A stretch of 63,909 nt of DNA, counting the filler, from Trichomonas gallinae (taxonomy: Eukaryota): assembly GCA_008369845.1 (NCBI GenBank). It is 8 parts of 8 records of this genome, joined end to end, with 100 filler letters (N's around TTAATTAATTAA, not from the genome) between each part and the next. Parts side by side here need not be neighbours in the genome. Positions count along the whole stretch, not along the records: positions 23,067 to 35,311 come from MRSU01000918.1; positions 35,412 to 46,715 come from MRSU01000919.1; 6 more parts are not named here. One strand, given 5' to 3'. The position numbers and the translations under genes are program-made. Positions 33,399 to 45,169 of this stretch are shown piece by piece; positions within the stretch are counted from its first letter, which is position 1; each line of letters opens with the position of its first letter. The notes under the pieces are model-generated. The model made no database searches. It was given only the letters and a program-made list of their open reading frames with translations, and had not been told where the DNA came from.

Positions 33399-34343
33399 AT
33401 GACGAATGTTTTAGACCAAGACTTCATGGCGAAAAACAACTATGTTTATATCCAGGAAATTGGTCAGGGTGCATTTGGTTCTGTGCACTTGGTTTTTTCG
33501 CTGCAATACAATTCAAATTTCGCAGTAAAATTAATCCAAAAAGAACATTTTAACCAAGAGGAGGTCGATGCTCTTTGTGCTATTGACTGTCCGTTTATCG
33601 TAAGACTTTATCAATGCGAGCAAATAGGAGATTTTGTCTACTTAACAATGGAATACTGCCCTAAATCAATGGATGTCGTGCTGAAAACGCAAGGAAAACT
33701 CAAAGAAGAAGAACTTGTTAAATATACGAAGGAAGTTCTCTTCTTATTGAGCACTTGTCATCATGCGAAGATTTCGCATGGCGATTTGAAGCCATCCAAC
33801 ATGCTCATGGACTCGTTTGGGCGTGCAAAAGTTGGTGATTTCGGGCTTTCTTCTTTAAATAAAACACAGACTTCGACAAATTTCGGAGGCAGCTTTCTCT
33901 ACATGGCCCCTGAGATCTTCCTCAAAGAACCATTCGATCCGTATAAAGCAGACGTCTGGTCTTTCGGTGTTTCGTTATATGTTCTTTACACAGGCTTCCC
34001 TCCTTGGTTTGGATTCAGCCAAGACGAGATAATGGAGGCAATACTCGCAGCTGATTACATTCCGTTGAGTGAAACGAATCAAGATATAAATCGAGTAATC
34101 GATTGGTGTTTGAAAAGAAATCCACAAGACCGTCCTTCAGTCGACCAGCTGCTTAGACTGCCTCTGTATAGCTTACATACCCAATCATTTATCGTTAAAA
34201 ATGAAGTTAGAACTCCGAAAATTCGAGCTGTTAATAGTTACAACATGATTCGACTTGTTGGATCCACAGTATTCAAGAAGAAAGGACAAATAGGCCAGCC
34301 AAAGAGAAATAGTCTTCAAAAAATGGATCATCAATCAGATTAA
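33399..34343 (+). CDS. Ser/Thr protein kinase (CAMK-like)
   Basis: GQGAFG, AVK, HGDLKPSN, DFG, YMAPE and DVWSFG motifs; likely start at the MTNVLD ATG (33399). Confidence 0.93.
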   Translation: MTNVLDQDFMAKNNYVYIQEIGQGAFGSVHLVFSLQYNSNFAVKLIQKEHFNQEEVDALCAIDCPFIVRLYQCEQIGDFVYLTMEYCPKSMDVVLKTQGKLKEEELVKYTKEVLFLLSTCHHAKISHGDLKPSNMLMDSFGRAKVGDFGLSSLNKTQTSTNFGGSFLYMAPEIFLKEPFDPYKADVWSFGVSLYVLYTGFPPWFGFSQDEIMEAILAADYIPLSETNQDINRVIDWCLKRNPQDRPSVDQLLRLPLYSLHTQSFIVKNEVRTPKIRAVNSYNMIRLVGSTVFKKKGQIGQPKRNSLQKMDHQSD

Positions 34344-35882
34344 TATTATATCGAGATACTTTTGTCGAGATTATGAGTCCAATATATTCATACACGTTGG
34401 ACTTTTGTATTTATAGTAAAAATTTTATCGTGTTATGTACTGCGTAATCGAATTTAAACATGTTATTCTTTTAACGAATCGGCTTCTTTTACTCAGGGAT
34501 ATTTATCTTATCGTTATAAGTGTTTGATATATTGAAAAATTTCGTATTTAAACTATGTATTTGATGAAAATTGATCAATATTTTGATATCAAAATTGATA
34601 AAATTAAATTTTTCTGCGTGAAAAATGTTTAGAATGAATAATGGAGTATTATGGATTCGATTGATTTTCGATAAAATAATGAAATTTAAAGAAAATGAAA
34701 GAAAATTCTTCAAAAATGCAAATATAAAATAGTTTTTCGAGGAAAAAAGTGAAGTTATTTTTTATTTTGATGAAAAATCGAGTTTATTTAGGGCTTCACA
34801 GGCGTGAGTTAGCTGCGAATCCCTTTGGGTTACCATTAAGAATCGATTACACACAGAGTTCTTTGATATTATCATTGTTCGATTTTAATCAATAGATCAA
34901 AATAGTCGTTCAAAATCAATTATATCTTTATAATCATCTTTGCATTCACGTAAGAAACGCATCCATCCAGTCCAAGTTTGTATTTTCCGTCGATTTACTT
35001 TCAACTTTATTAAATATGGATTCGATCCATTATTTGCGATTCTTTACGTCATGTATCAACTAGCAACTTCAAAATACAACAGATTTAATCTACGCAAACT
35101 GTAAAAAAAATTCATTATATTTCCTACTATAATAATTCGAAAAACTCTACGCACACCACATTGGAGCCACACAAAACTCTTTTACAGAATACTTTTTGAA
35201 GTATTTTTTTACAGATATTTTTACATATTTTTACTGTCCCCAGTTTTTCTGATGTCAGACAGCTTTTTCGATACGTATTCAATTTCTTGGGACCCAAAGT
35301 GGCAGGACAAGNNNNNNNNNNNNNNNNNNNNNNNNNNNNNNNNNNNNNNNNNNNNTTAATTAATTAANNNNNNNNNNNNNNNNNNNNNNNNNNNNNNNNN
35401 NNNNNNNNNNNAATGGTCACTATGTGCTCATTCTATATTATTAATTTACAGAATTTTTAGTTGTATTTTTCTGCCGGACAACCTTTTTAAATACTATATC
35501 GAAGTTTACGTGTCAACAAATAATATTTATATGTTATCTTATTAGTATACCAATGACAAGAGTGTGTCTGTTCTATACATGAATATTGTTTCACTTTTTA
35601 TCATATACCTGATGATAATTCCATCGATAACATCTAAATTTTGCAAAACAACATGAGATATGAGCAGAAGCATAATATATACTATCATGCTGTATTCTAC
35701 ACGGTATTTTAAAAATATTAATACAGTTCTATTAAAAATAAACTCTGTTTTTGATATTCATCTAATGCATGTTCACAATAGGATATATATGAATGTATAC
35801 TGATCATTGTAGATGATAGCTAAAAAATTCTCTAAATATTTATATAATAATAACAAAATCTGATAATAAGATAACGAATCAG

Positions 35883-36206
35883 TTATAATTCATCAATAAT
35901 GACTGGCTTGCTTTCAGATTGTTCCTTAGGTTGCCCATCATCAACCTGATCAGCTTGATCTTTCGAAGAAGTTGTTTGATCATCAACGCTTCCTGATCCA
36001 GACATGTCATCAAGAATCATGATCTTGTTTAATGGTACATCGTCGTCAAGATGGCGTCCAGCGACAAAATACAAAATTATTGACAAGAATGTAAGAAAAA
36101 CCAATGATCCAGCTGGAATTGCGATCTCCCCTGCCTTTCCTATATTCAAGAGCTTGATTTCATCACTGTTTTCGCAGAAAGCATCAGTCAACAACAACAC
36201 AAACAT
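35883..36206 (-). CDS. Small single-pass membrane protein
   Basis: 107-aa ORF with a hydrophobic N-terminus, a TM segment (IAIPAGSLVFLTFLSIILYFVAG) and an acidic tail. Confidence 0.7.
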   Translation of the reverse strand: MFVLLLTDAFCENSDEIKLLNIGKAGEIAIPAGSLVFLTFLSIILYFVAGRHLDDDVPLNKIMILDDMSGSGSVDDQTTSSKDQADQVDDGQPKEQSESKPVIIDEL

Positions 36207-36776
36207 TTGAAGTAAAAAATCGCATCGTTAAATTCTCAATGTTTTGAGAGAGAAATGGCCATGTTTAGTAATGATAGATAATCGACTAATGCTGTGAAAA
36301 TAAGCAATTTGCTTTTTAAACAAATGATGTCGGTAAACATGGCCGAACTTCTTATATCGTTTGTTTCTAACATAACAGAAAACTCTAAATATTGATATTT
36401 ATGCTAAACATATTGAAAATATTGAAATAATTTTTGCTTCAATGTTGTAATGATGCAAAAATTATCGATTTCGCAAGCTTTTAAAAATGTGTTTCATCTG
36501 TTATCATTGAATCTATAAAATATCAAACATGTGAACATATCATATATCATCATTACAACATAAACTATTCACAACTAGCTAAAATTTTTACACAAACCAT
36601 TGGAATTAAATAGTATTGATCAATTAAAATTATTATTTTGTAGATACATTAATGTATTATGTGATTCAACAAAGAATTAACGAAAATGACCTATGACAAA
36701 AATTTACGTGTCAGAATAATTTTGACATGTAAACTTTTGTAATCCAAAATTAATAAACGTGCGTAATCTTCTAAAA

Positions 36777-37979
36777 ATGTCAAGTAAGCCGCGCTCGACG
36801 AAAGCAGTAGCCAAGAATCGTTCAAATGAAATAGATAAGCGCGAAAAGCAAATTATATCATACATTCGACTGAATTATGAGCAAATGATTTATGAGAATC
36901 AGATTCTTAAAGAGAGACCAGAAGATTTTGTCGTACAAGATGCAGTAAATAACATGACTCAGACATTTCTCGACAATATGAGAGGTGAAAGAGAGCAATA
37001 TTTAAGAGAATTGATCAAAAAACTTGCAAATACATATGATGACTGCGTTGAATTGCAAAAGAGATATCAAGAAGCGAAGAAAGGAGCAGGAAATTCAGCA
37101 GAAACAATAATGAAGCAAAACGAAGAACTTCGTGTTGAAATTGATAGTTTAAACGACAAACTTCAAAAATTAGAAATCGAAAGACAGAACAAGGAGCAAA
37201 ACCTTAAAAATAAAGTCAATTCAAAACAGAAACAGCTCAAAACGTTAAATGATTCAATTGTAAATCTTCAAAATGCTCATCGTGAACTTTCTACACAGCT
37301 TGATGACTTGAGATCTATGGTCCTGAAGAATGCTGGAAGGCAGAAAAAGCTTATTCAGCAAGCTAAAGTTGTTTGCGTGAATGAGATCGATAAAGCAGTA
37401 GATAACAATCAACAAGCTGCAATAGACATACATGAGCAGAAAATTCAACGCCTTGATGCTCAATTGTCAGCAGCACGCGCAGAACAAAAAAGATTGCAAA
37501 GACAAGCACAAGTCGTGTTAGACGCTGTATATTCTATTTCTCCTAGGCAAGAATCGTCTAAAATCACTGTCCAAGACTTCCCGCAGAGAATTGAAGAAAT
37601 AAAACAAATAATCAATTCATCAATCGAAACAAAGAAAGAAGAAGCTTTAGCAGGAATCAGAAGAGATATAGAAGAGGCCATTCCTGGCATTGATGTATCA
37701 ACAGGCAACATAATTGACATAATTAATAAGAAACTTGAAGAAAGATTGCGCGAAAAAGAAGAAGAATGTCGCAGAATAGTTAGAAAAGGAGAAGAACGTG
37801 AAAGAATCCTAAAGATGAAACTGGAAGAGGTCCTGGCTCAGATTAAACAGCTAAGATCAGGAGCATCAGATAATTTGGACATAATTGATGATGTTGAGAG
37901 GCAGCGCTCGTTGTGGGAGAAGAGCAAGGATAAGTTAGATGCCAAAATGAGCGCGATTGGACTTAGTATTCATGATTAA
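36777..37979 (+). CDS. Coiled-coil hypothetical protein
   Basis: Long E/K/Q/L-rich heptad ORF; ATG at 36777. Confidence 0.85.
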   Translation: MSSKPRSTKAVAKNRSNEIDKREKQIISYIRLNYEQMIYENQILKERPEDFVVQDAVNNMTQTFLDNMRGEREQYLRELIKKLANTYDDCVELQKRYQEAKKGAGNSAETIMKQNEELRVEIDSLNDKLQKLEIERQNKEQNLKNKVNSKQKQLKTLNDSIVNLQNAHRELSTQLDDLRSMVLKNAGRQKKLIQQAKVVCVNEIDKAVDNNQQAAIDIHEQKIQRLDAQLSAARAEQKRLQRQAQVVLDAVYSISPRQESSKITVQDFPQRIEEIKQIINSSIETKKEEALAGIRRDIEEAIPGIDVSTGNIIDIINKKLEERLREKEEECRRIVRKGEERERILKMKLEEVLAQIKQLRSGASDNLDIIDDVERQRSLWEKSKDKLDAKMSAIGLSIHD

Positions 37980-38999
37980 ATTTGTATTTTTTAGCTTTTA
38001 TTCTATAACTCATCAATTAAATGTGTTTGTTTATCCCTTTATGCATTTTTACATCAAAAATTTTTGTAACTATTATTAAATAACAAAATATATCTTATTG
38101 AAAATATATTTTGGAGTTAAATGATTCAATCCAACTATATATCGATGGTAATGCTAATTAACATGTAAACATATCAATAACAGCGCGTAATTCATAGATT
38201 TTTGAAAGATTTAATAAAAATTGATTTTAAGTCCAGACAATATAAAGTTATTCATATCATTATATTCTCTTATCCTATGTTAATCGATTAAATGCTTGAT
38301 AAAGCTTAAAACTAATTTATTACACGAGAAACGAAATGAAACAATGATACAAGTAATTATAAAGGTGATAATATTTAATATATAAGTTCTATATATCATT
38401 GTGATTTTATGGTGAAGATGGTTAAAGAATATTTCTATATACCGAAAAAATATTATTATTATTGCTTCCGATTAATTGTTTCTGTCCATAACATGAATAA
38501 ATCGGTAAACTGCCTCACCTGCTGTTAAAACATAGAGGAATTAGTTATGGTTGATGAATAACATTTTCAAATCTAAAAATGTCGAAATTTGACAATGTAA
38601 AGTGTAAAATGACAAAATGGCAAATGATGAAATTTAATATTAATACTATTTAATGAACTCCAAAAACATGAAAAATGGAAAAAATCTTATTCAATTTTTT
38701 CTATAACTTATTGAATTTATTGTGAGTAGAGTAAAAAAACATTTAAAATATGAAGGCAATCATAAATGTATGTATGCAAAAAATTGATTTTTCAATTGTA
38801 TTCATTCAATTTAAATTATGATTAGAATACTATTTCAGCTTTGTTAATTGATCAAAAAAAAAAATATTACCATTCAAATCGTATACTTTCAAAATTGCTA
38901 AAAAAAAACTTAAAAACAAAGACAGTATTGTCCAAGCAAAGCAAATCTGAGTCAAAATGGATTTTTCAATATTTTACATTCAAAAATTCGTTTTTTAAA

Positions 39000-40613
39000 A
39001 TGTGTTCAATGCTTCCTCCTATTCGGGGGAAATTTCACCCGAAAATGGGAGATGCCACAAGAAACCCGAGTTTCGTGTACTGCAGGAAGCGAACATATCA
39101 ATGGTCTCGGCCTATAGCGCCGAAAGTCGAGGAACGACCAAAATCAGCAAATATCTCGGCATTGGGTTACAGAAAAAAGGCTCCACCCCCTCCCAATATG
39201 ACTGATGTGTCGAAATCAGCCTCAAACATTGACACTGGCCCGATTATTGACACTGAAGTTGACAATGAATCTTTATATCAATCGACAAAAATGATTAGAA
39301 CTCAAGTTAAAAATATTGTATACCAAATAAAACTAGAAGAGATCTCGGAGCTGCCCTTAGAACAGCAATTAAGCGCGAAATTGAAGTTGTGTACAAATAT
39401 TTATGATTTCGTTAATGTTCATGAAGATGTGGCAGCTAAGGAACAGAAGACGCGCGTTCTCTGTGAGTTTGTTCAATTTTTTGAGCAGTCTGCGGACTCA
39501 AAGAAATTATCGCTCGATTTACAAGAGCAGCTCATGCAAATGATAAAAGCAAACATAATCAGACCAACACCGTCAATTCCTCTATCACCGATTTTACTCG
39601 ATTTTGCGCTGGTTTTCGTAGAACCGTCTTGGCCTCAATTATTTTATGTTTATCAATTACTCAACAGATTCATCTCGTTATACCCAGAATCACCGCTCTT
39701 CAACATGGATATCGCAAGGTCAGCAATTTATCTCACGAATTTGCCAGATAACAACGAACGACTTCAGTTATTGTCTTTTCTCAGGGCATATTACGACAGC
39801 CACCAGACACAGAAAGTTGAGATTATCAAATGCATACAAAAGAAGCTCGCAGATCTTCAGGATTTAGATTCGCCGCCTTTTTGCGTGATGCCACTTCTCG
39901 TTTATTTGTCTCATATATTCCAGCGATGCAATAAAGCACCACCGGAAGAATTCTACTGTGTGATTAGAACGTCAGTTTTCCCGCTCGCACTAAATTCCTA
40001 TCTACCATTGTATCATCAATCGATGCTATCTCTTCTAACAGCTGTTCTTTTGCCAGAAAGTACATTAAATGACGAATTTCATCACTTATTGGTTAATTTC
40101 TTCCCGCTGGGCAACGGACAAAAACAGCCATGCTTCGTAGACTTTTTGTTGCTCACGATGTCGAAAATGTCGCCGGCCCAGGTCACCAACGCCATCAAGC
40201 CGACAATGAATGTCTTCGAGATGGTCGTCAGTGGTGAACAAATACATGCAGCGCAGCTGATCCTGGATTTCCTGGCTACAAAGTCCGAACAATGGGTAAA
40301 TGATCACTCGAAGAGAGTAATTTTGTCACTTTTCGACAGAGTTAAATACGTCACAACTAATCATTGGTCGCAGGTTATGAGAGAAAAGGCTCAGGGTGCT
40401 CTCGCCGGGCTTGGCAAACTCGATAGAAAGTCTTTCTTGAAGGCGAAAACGAGCAAATCTTCAGAACAAATCAGAAAAGCGGCCGATGAAGAGAAGCAGG
40501 CAGCTAAAAAATGGGGAAAGATTGTTAATGTTGCTACTAATTATGAAGGAGACACAACCAGACTTATGGATCAGATCAAACGTAACTTTAGGCCCAAGAA
40601 GACAACATTTTAA
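39000..40613 (+). CDS. Protein phosphatase 2A regulatory subunit B' (B56) family
   Basis: KLKLCTNIYDF...AKEQKTRVL, MIKANIIRP, EPSWPQLFYVYQLL, DNNERLQL and NHWSQVMR motifs match B56. Confidence 0.88.
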   Translation: MCSMLPPIRGKFHPKMGDATRNPSFVYCRKRTYQWSRPIAPKVEERPKSANISALGYRKKAPPPPNMTDVSKSASNIDTGPIIDTEVDNESLYQSTKMIRTQVKNIVYQIKLEEISELPLEQQLSAKLKLCTNIYDFVNVHEDVAAKEQKTRVLCEFVQFFEQSADSKKLSLDLQEQLMQMIKANIIRPTPSIPLSPILLDFALVFVEPSWPQLFYVYQLLNRFISLYPESPLFNMDIARSAIYLTNLPDNNERLQLLSFLRAYYDSHQTQKVEIIKCIQKKLADLQDLDSPPFCVMPLLVYLSHIFQRCNKAPPEEFYCVIRTSVFPLALNSYLPLYHQSMLSLLTAVLLPESTLNDEFHHLLVNFFPLGNGQKQPCFVDFLLLTMSKMSPAQVTNAIKPTMNVFEMVVSGEQIHAAQLILDFLATKSEQWVNDHSKRVILSLFDRVKYVTTNHWSQVMREKAQGALAGLGKLDRKSFLKAKTSKSSEQIRKAADEEKQAAKKWGKIVNVATNYEGDTTRLMDQIKRNFRPKKTTF

Positions 40614-41092
40614 TTGATGTCTTCATCAACTTATTATAGTTCTCATATTTGTATATAATATATTATAACTTGTAATTTAATTATCATATTATTTGTTTTT
40701 GTATAGATTGTTTTGTTAATTAAATATGTACTGTTTACTCATCTGACTGTTTACAACTACTCAAGCACTCAAAATCTGCTCTTTTTCCATGTTTTTTTCA
40801 TAGACAAAAAATAAAATCTAATATTATAAAAATCAAAAAATTTATTTTCTTTAGGTGATATTTAGAAAATTTATAGAAAATTTCAAAAAACAAACTCACG
40901 AGAGCATCAGTATTATTGGTCTACTTTCCATATCTACCAAATTTATCGTAAAATTCCAATATTTTCTCGCTATTTTAAGATTTTTTTGAAAAAATTTGGA
41001 GGATTATGTAAAAATTTGATGGTTATATAACTAATATATTTATCGTTTATGATATTATAATAAGAACTTGCTCGTATATTCTAAAATTCACT

Positions 41093-41830
41093 CTAATCTT
41101 TATCAAAATCACCCAATTCGTGGATGAGGCCGTCACCACCACCGAGGTACTTCTCCTGAACAGCAAACTGTGAGTGGAAGATGTTGTAGTTGATGTTTGA
41201 AGCGACTTTGCTCAAGTATTGAATCGTGCCTCTGCAAACTGTAACGACATTCTCCTCATCGACATCGATTCCACCCTTCTTTGTCTTCATCTCGAGCTTC
41301 TTTGTGAAGTATTCGATCTCTTCGTCCTTAAGATAGCAGAATGGTCTGATGATTGTGACCTCTGGAGATTCAGGTGTAAGCTGAACCTTTTGGGCTGGAT
41401 CTGGACCATTGAGAACACCATCTGTGCACATTGTTGCGAACATGGTAGCGTTCATGAGTTCTACAGAATCCGGAATGGCGACTTTGTTGCAGCCCTCACT
41501 GATGGCATGCTCAACATACATCTTGTAGAGCTCGTTCCTGTCGGCAACGTCGGCGTGCTGAACGTACTTTATGTCCATTGGATAGTGTTTGAGAAATTCT
41601 TCAATGATTTCCTTAGTTTCTGCGTCAACTTCTGGTGTAGAGTAGAAGTGGGCAGCGCGAATCTTGCACTTTTGGATCATTTTGGCCTTCTTAAGGAACA
41701 TCCACGCGGCAATTGTTAATCTTGGATAAGTTGCATCGATTGGAACTAAAATGTCGTCCTCCGGGCTGATCAAGTGGAACTCAGCAACAGCCTTGCCGAA
41801 TTGCTTCCTAATCTTTGGGAATTTATCCAT
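41093..41830 (-). CDS. TtcA/PP-loop-fold protein with a degenerate PP-loop and no CxxC motifs (probable pseudoenzyme)
   Basis: KIRKQFGKAVAEFHLISPEDDILV, GCNKVAI and IIRPFCYLKDEEI follow the TtcA layout; SGGKDS is replaced by DATYPR and GHHxDD by PDSVEL. Confidence 0.7.
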   Translation of the reverse strand: MDKFPKIRKQFGKAVAEFHLISPEDDILVPIDATYPRLTIAAWMFLKKAKMIQKCKIRAAHFYSTPEVDAETKEIIEEFLKHYPMDIKYVQHADVADRNELYKMYVEHAISEGCNKVAIPDSVELMNATMFATMCTDGVLNGPDPAQKVQLTPESPEVTIIRPFCYLKDEEIEYFTKKLEMKTKKGGIDVDEENVVTVCRGTIQYLSKVASNINYNIFHSQFAVQEKYLGGGDGLIHELGDFDKD

Positions 41831-42427
41831 AAAAAGAATTGAAAAACCGCCCTCAACAAAATCAATTAATTTTCGATTTTAACCCTAAAATCATAATTAT
41901 ACTACTATACAGATCCATAATATGCGAAAATTTAACTTGGGCACAAGTATATTGACAACGATTTATGAGATTATGATCTAATATTCTAGCAACGGATTGC
42001 GTGAATATATGATCACGTTGTTCACATATCCTTTAGCTTCAACACCTTATGTTGGGAAATTCAACATTCGATCATTAATAAAAACTTCAAAATTATTCTT
42101 ATTTATACTACTGAATTACTTTTACAGTGAGAATTAAGCTTTATTCAAGATTACAATTTTAATTGATCAAAAATCATCAAAATTGAGCAATTTGGCATAA
42201 ATTATATGAAAACTATTGAGCTAAGCAGCATATAACTCGATGTGTTAATGAAATTTATTGTGATAATTTTTTGATTGAAAAAATATTTTAGTTTGTGAAC
42301 AAACAAGTATATTATATTTTAAATTTTGGATATATAGAAATAGATAAATGATCCCAATGAATGAAAAAACAAACATATTTTATTTATCAAATATATACAA
42401 ATGAATTTTGATGTAGTTATGGGAAAT

Positions 42428-43432
42428 TTATCTCTTCTTTCCCTTCTTTCCATCTTTTCCTCCCTTTCCTTTGCCTTTTCCTTCACTTCTTGGTGATGGA
42501 GATGAAGAAGAAGCCTGAGCGAATGAAACTGGCGGGGCCTTGTCGTTGTGCTTGATCATGACTGGATCAATGTGGTTGTTTTTGTCGATTTTGAGGAATC
42601 CGCCTTTATTCTTGAATTCTCCTGCATACCAAGGCGCAGAGAACACAGTAATGACGGAATAATCAGGAGCGAACGGATAATCGATTCCTTCTTCAGCCAT
42701 TTGATGAGCTCGAATAATTTTCGTTAAATTATTTGCTTCCATGAATTGCTGGGCTGGTTTGAATCCCCATTTGACTGTTAGTCCTCTTTCACTTGGCTCG
42801 AAGTCTTCAACATCTTTATCTGGGTCAGACCAAACTAAATCTGCAAGAAATCCGTGCTCTTGGATCTGTGTAGGTCTTGGAAGTGCACGAATCTGATCTA
42901 GACTATGCAAATCTGGTGTTAAACCGCCGTGAATGCAGAAATAAGAATTATTGATCAAAGCTACCAATGGAAGAGTGTCAAACACGTTAATGAATTCCAT
43001 GTATGTGGCTTTGTTCTGCTTTGAGCAGCATTCGACGCAAAATCCGTATTCTTCGGTCATTTCTTTTGTTTCATGGTTTCCTCTAAGTAAATACATGTGA
43101 TTTGGATATCGTATTTTCAGGGCGAACAATAAACAAATAACCTCGAGTGACATTGATCCTCTGTCAACGTAATCTCCCAAAAAGAGATATCGTGCGTTTG
43201 GAGGGAATTCTCCATCTTGAAATACAGTCATAAGATCAGGAAATTGACCATGTATATCTCCTACGACATTTATTGGTGTGCGTAGCTCCAAAATATTTGG
43301 CTCTTTTTTGAAAATCTCTTTGCAAGTGTTCAAAATCGTTAAAATCGTCTGATTTGGGATCTTTGGAGGAAATCCCTTGCATCTAGTTAAAAGATTAATA
43401 ATCTCATCAGCAGCTTCTCTTGCCTCTTTCAT
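42428..43432 (-). CDS. Ser/Thr protein phosphatase, PPP family (PP1-like)
   Basis: GDIHG, GDYVDRG, RGNHE, HGG, WSDP, RAHQ and FSAP motifs; ATG at 43432 after tandem TGTCACTTTT. Confidence 0.95.
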   Translation of the reverse strand: MKEAREAADEIINLLTRCKGFPPKIPNQTILTILNTCKEIFKKEPNILELRTPINVVGDIHGQFPDLMTVFQDGEFPPNARYLFLGDYVDRGSMSLEVICLLFALKIRYPNHMYLLRGNHETKEMTEEYGFCVECCSKQNKATYMEFINVFDTLPLVALINNSYFCIHGGLTPDLHSLDQIRALPRPTQIQEHGFLADLVWSDPDKDVEDFEPSERGLTVKWGFKPAQQFMEANNLTKIIRAHQMAEEGIDYPFAPDYSVITVFSAPWYAGEFKNKGGFLKIDKNNHIDPVMIKHNDKAPPVSFAQASSSSPSPRSEGKGKGKGGKDGKKGKKR

Positions 43433-43993
43433 TTTTGATAAAAAGTGACAAAATTTTAACAAAAGTGACACATGTAGACAACTTTGATATTTAGACCAAA
43501 AACAATCATAAAATATAGAACTCTTTTGATTAAAATGTTTTAAAGGAAATTTAGGAATAATTAAAGTGACTCCCCCTGTTTTAATTTGTTTTCGAAAACA
43601 TTCATATATGCTTTTAAAATATCTATTCTCTCAAAAATCTCATTGAAAGATGCTTTTACATGACATATATCTTCATTTACACTGCATAAATATCGATTAC
43701 ATGTCAAAACTACTCTTTAGATGGCATATTGATACCCAAATTTTTCGAAGAATTCAACTTTTGATAGAGATAGTTACATTTTTCCAATAGATATGATAAC
43801 CATATGCAATAGGTATATCGAATATCGCTGGGTTGGAGCTCATTTTTAAGTTTTTGTCTGTCGATCTGACCAGATAGCGAAAATCCGTATTTTTTGTTTG
43901 TGTTTCGTGATTAACATTTTATAGAGTTAAAAATTTCATTGAAATTTTTTTGATTCATTTTTTTTTATCGCGACTTCATCATCTGACTGACTC

Positions 43994-45040
43994 ATGGACG
44001 CGGACAGTCCAGGGAGAAGCAATGCCCTTCGCCGCTTCCGTATGATAGAAAAAATCGGTGTCGGAGCATATGGAAGCGTGTACAAGGCTTTAGATATAAT
44101 GAATAACGAAATCATCGCTTTGAAGGTCATTAAAGCGTTTGATGCTAAGGATGGGCTTCCTCAGTCGTTCTATAGAGAACTGACTGCCCTACAGACATTC
44201 AAGCACACCAACTTAGTTGATTATCGTGGCGTTGTCAGATTTCCAACGGAAACATGCATTATGCTTGAGTTCTGTGAATCTGACCTTCAAAAACAGCTCA
44301 TTGTTCAACCTCGGCTTCAACCAAATCAGGTTAAGCACTTAATGTTTCAACTTCTTCAGGGTTTATCCGTCCTGCATGAAGCAGGATTCGCTCATCGTGA
44401 TCTTAAGCCCGCCAACATCCTAATCAAAGATGGCAAAACACTCAAGATAACAGATTTCGGGCTTTCTCGCCAAATTAATAACACTAATAAACCTTTAACC
44501 TCAAAAGTGGCTTCACTTGCCTATAGAGCACCAGAACTTATACTTGGATCAAGAGAATACACAACTGCAATTGATATCTGGTCCGCTGGCATCATATTTT
44601 ATGAATTAGCCACTGGAGAAAAATTCCCATCTGCAACAAGCGATTTATCACAACTGGACAAAATATTCAGAGTCACTGGAACACCTTCACCCTCACCAGA
44701 TGATGATAAATCGCCATTAAAGTCAGATGGCGATCTTCTTTGTCAACTTCCTAATTGGCGCCTTGCATCAATGCTCCATATTTATCCACGAACGCTCGAG
44801 AAGCTTCTTTTGGATAAATTACCAGCGGAGCTCGCAGACGCATTTAATATTATTACATCCATGCTCAGCTTGAATCCAAGCAACAGGCCTAGTGCCTCAG
44901 AGCTATTGCGGAATCCATTCTTCTCCAATATGGAGGAGTTAACCACTTTGGCACTCCCGGAGATTCCAGAGGTCGAAGAAATTCAGCTTCCTCGAATGCC
45001 GATTCGTCGTCCACCTCCCATTCTTCTGGAGTGTAACTGA
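43994..45040 (+). CDS. CMGC/CDK-like protein kinase
   Basis: GVGAYGSVYKA, DGLPQSFYRE (PSTAIRE position), HRDLKPANIL, DFG and YRAPELILG motifs. Confidence 0.93.
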   Translation: MDADSPGRSNALRRFRMIEKIGVGAYGSVYKALDIMNNEIIALKVIKAFDAKDGLPQSFYRELTALQTFKHTNLVDYRGVVRFPTETCIMLEFCESDLQKQLIVQPRLQPNQVKHLMFQLLQGLSVLHEAGFAHRDLKPANILIKDGKTLKITDFGLSRQINNTNKPLTSKVASLAYRAPELILGSREYTTAIDIWSAGIIFYELATGEKFPSATSDLSQLDKIFRVTGTPSPSPDDDKSPLKSDGDLLCQLPNWRLASMLHIYPRTLEKLLLDKLPAELADAFNIITSMLSLNPSNRPSASELLRNPFFSNMEELTTLALPEIPEVEEIQLPRMPIRRPPPILLECN

Positions 45041-45169
45041 CTTCGTGTCATTTGCCTTCGTGGCTATTGTGCAAAAATTTTGGTGTCTGCTCGCTTATTA
45101 GACTTCGTGTCTCAAGCGTTTAAACGCGGCATCAACCGCAGGTCGAGTACCTGCGCAGACTTCGTGTCT
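45038..45169 (+). promoter_or_regulatory. Candidate structured 3' UTR or ncRNA: four C[UUCGU]G hairpins plus a 7-bp GC-rich hairpin
   Basis: tgac-ttcgt-gtca (45038-45050), gcc-ttcgt-ggc (45054-45064), agac-ttcgt-gtct (45100-45112 and 45157-45169), cgcaggt-cgagt-acctgcg (45137-45155). Confidence 0.55.

Noticed and set aside
45039..45168. GACTTCGTGTC x3 with ~50-nt spacers read as a mini CRISPR array
   Set aside because: The repeat is only 11 nt, the context is eukaryotic and there are no cas genes; better explained as RNA hairpins
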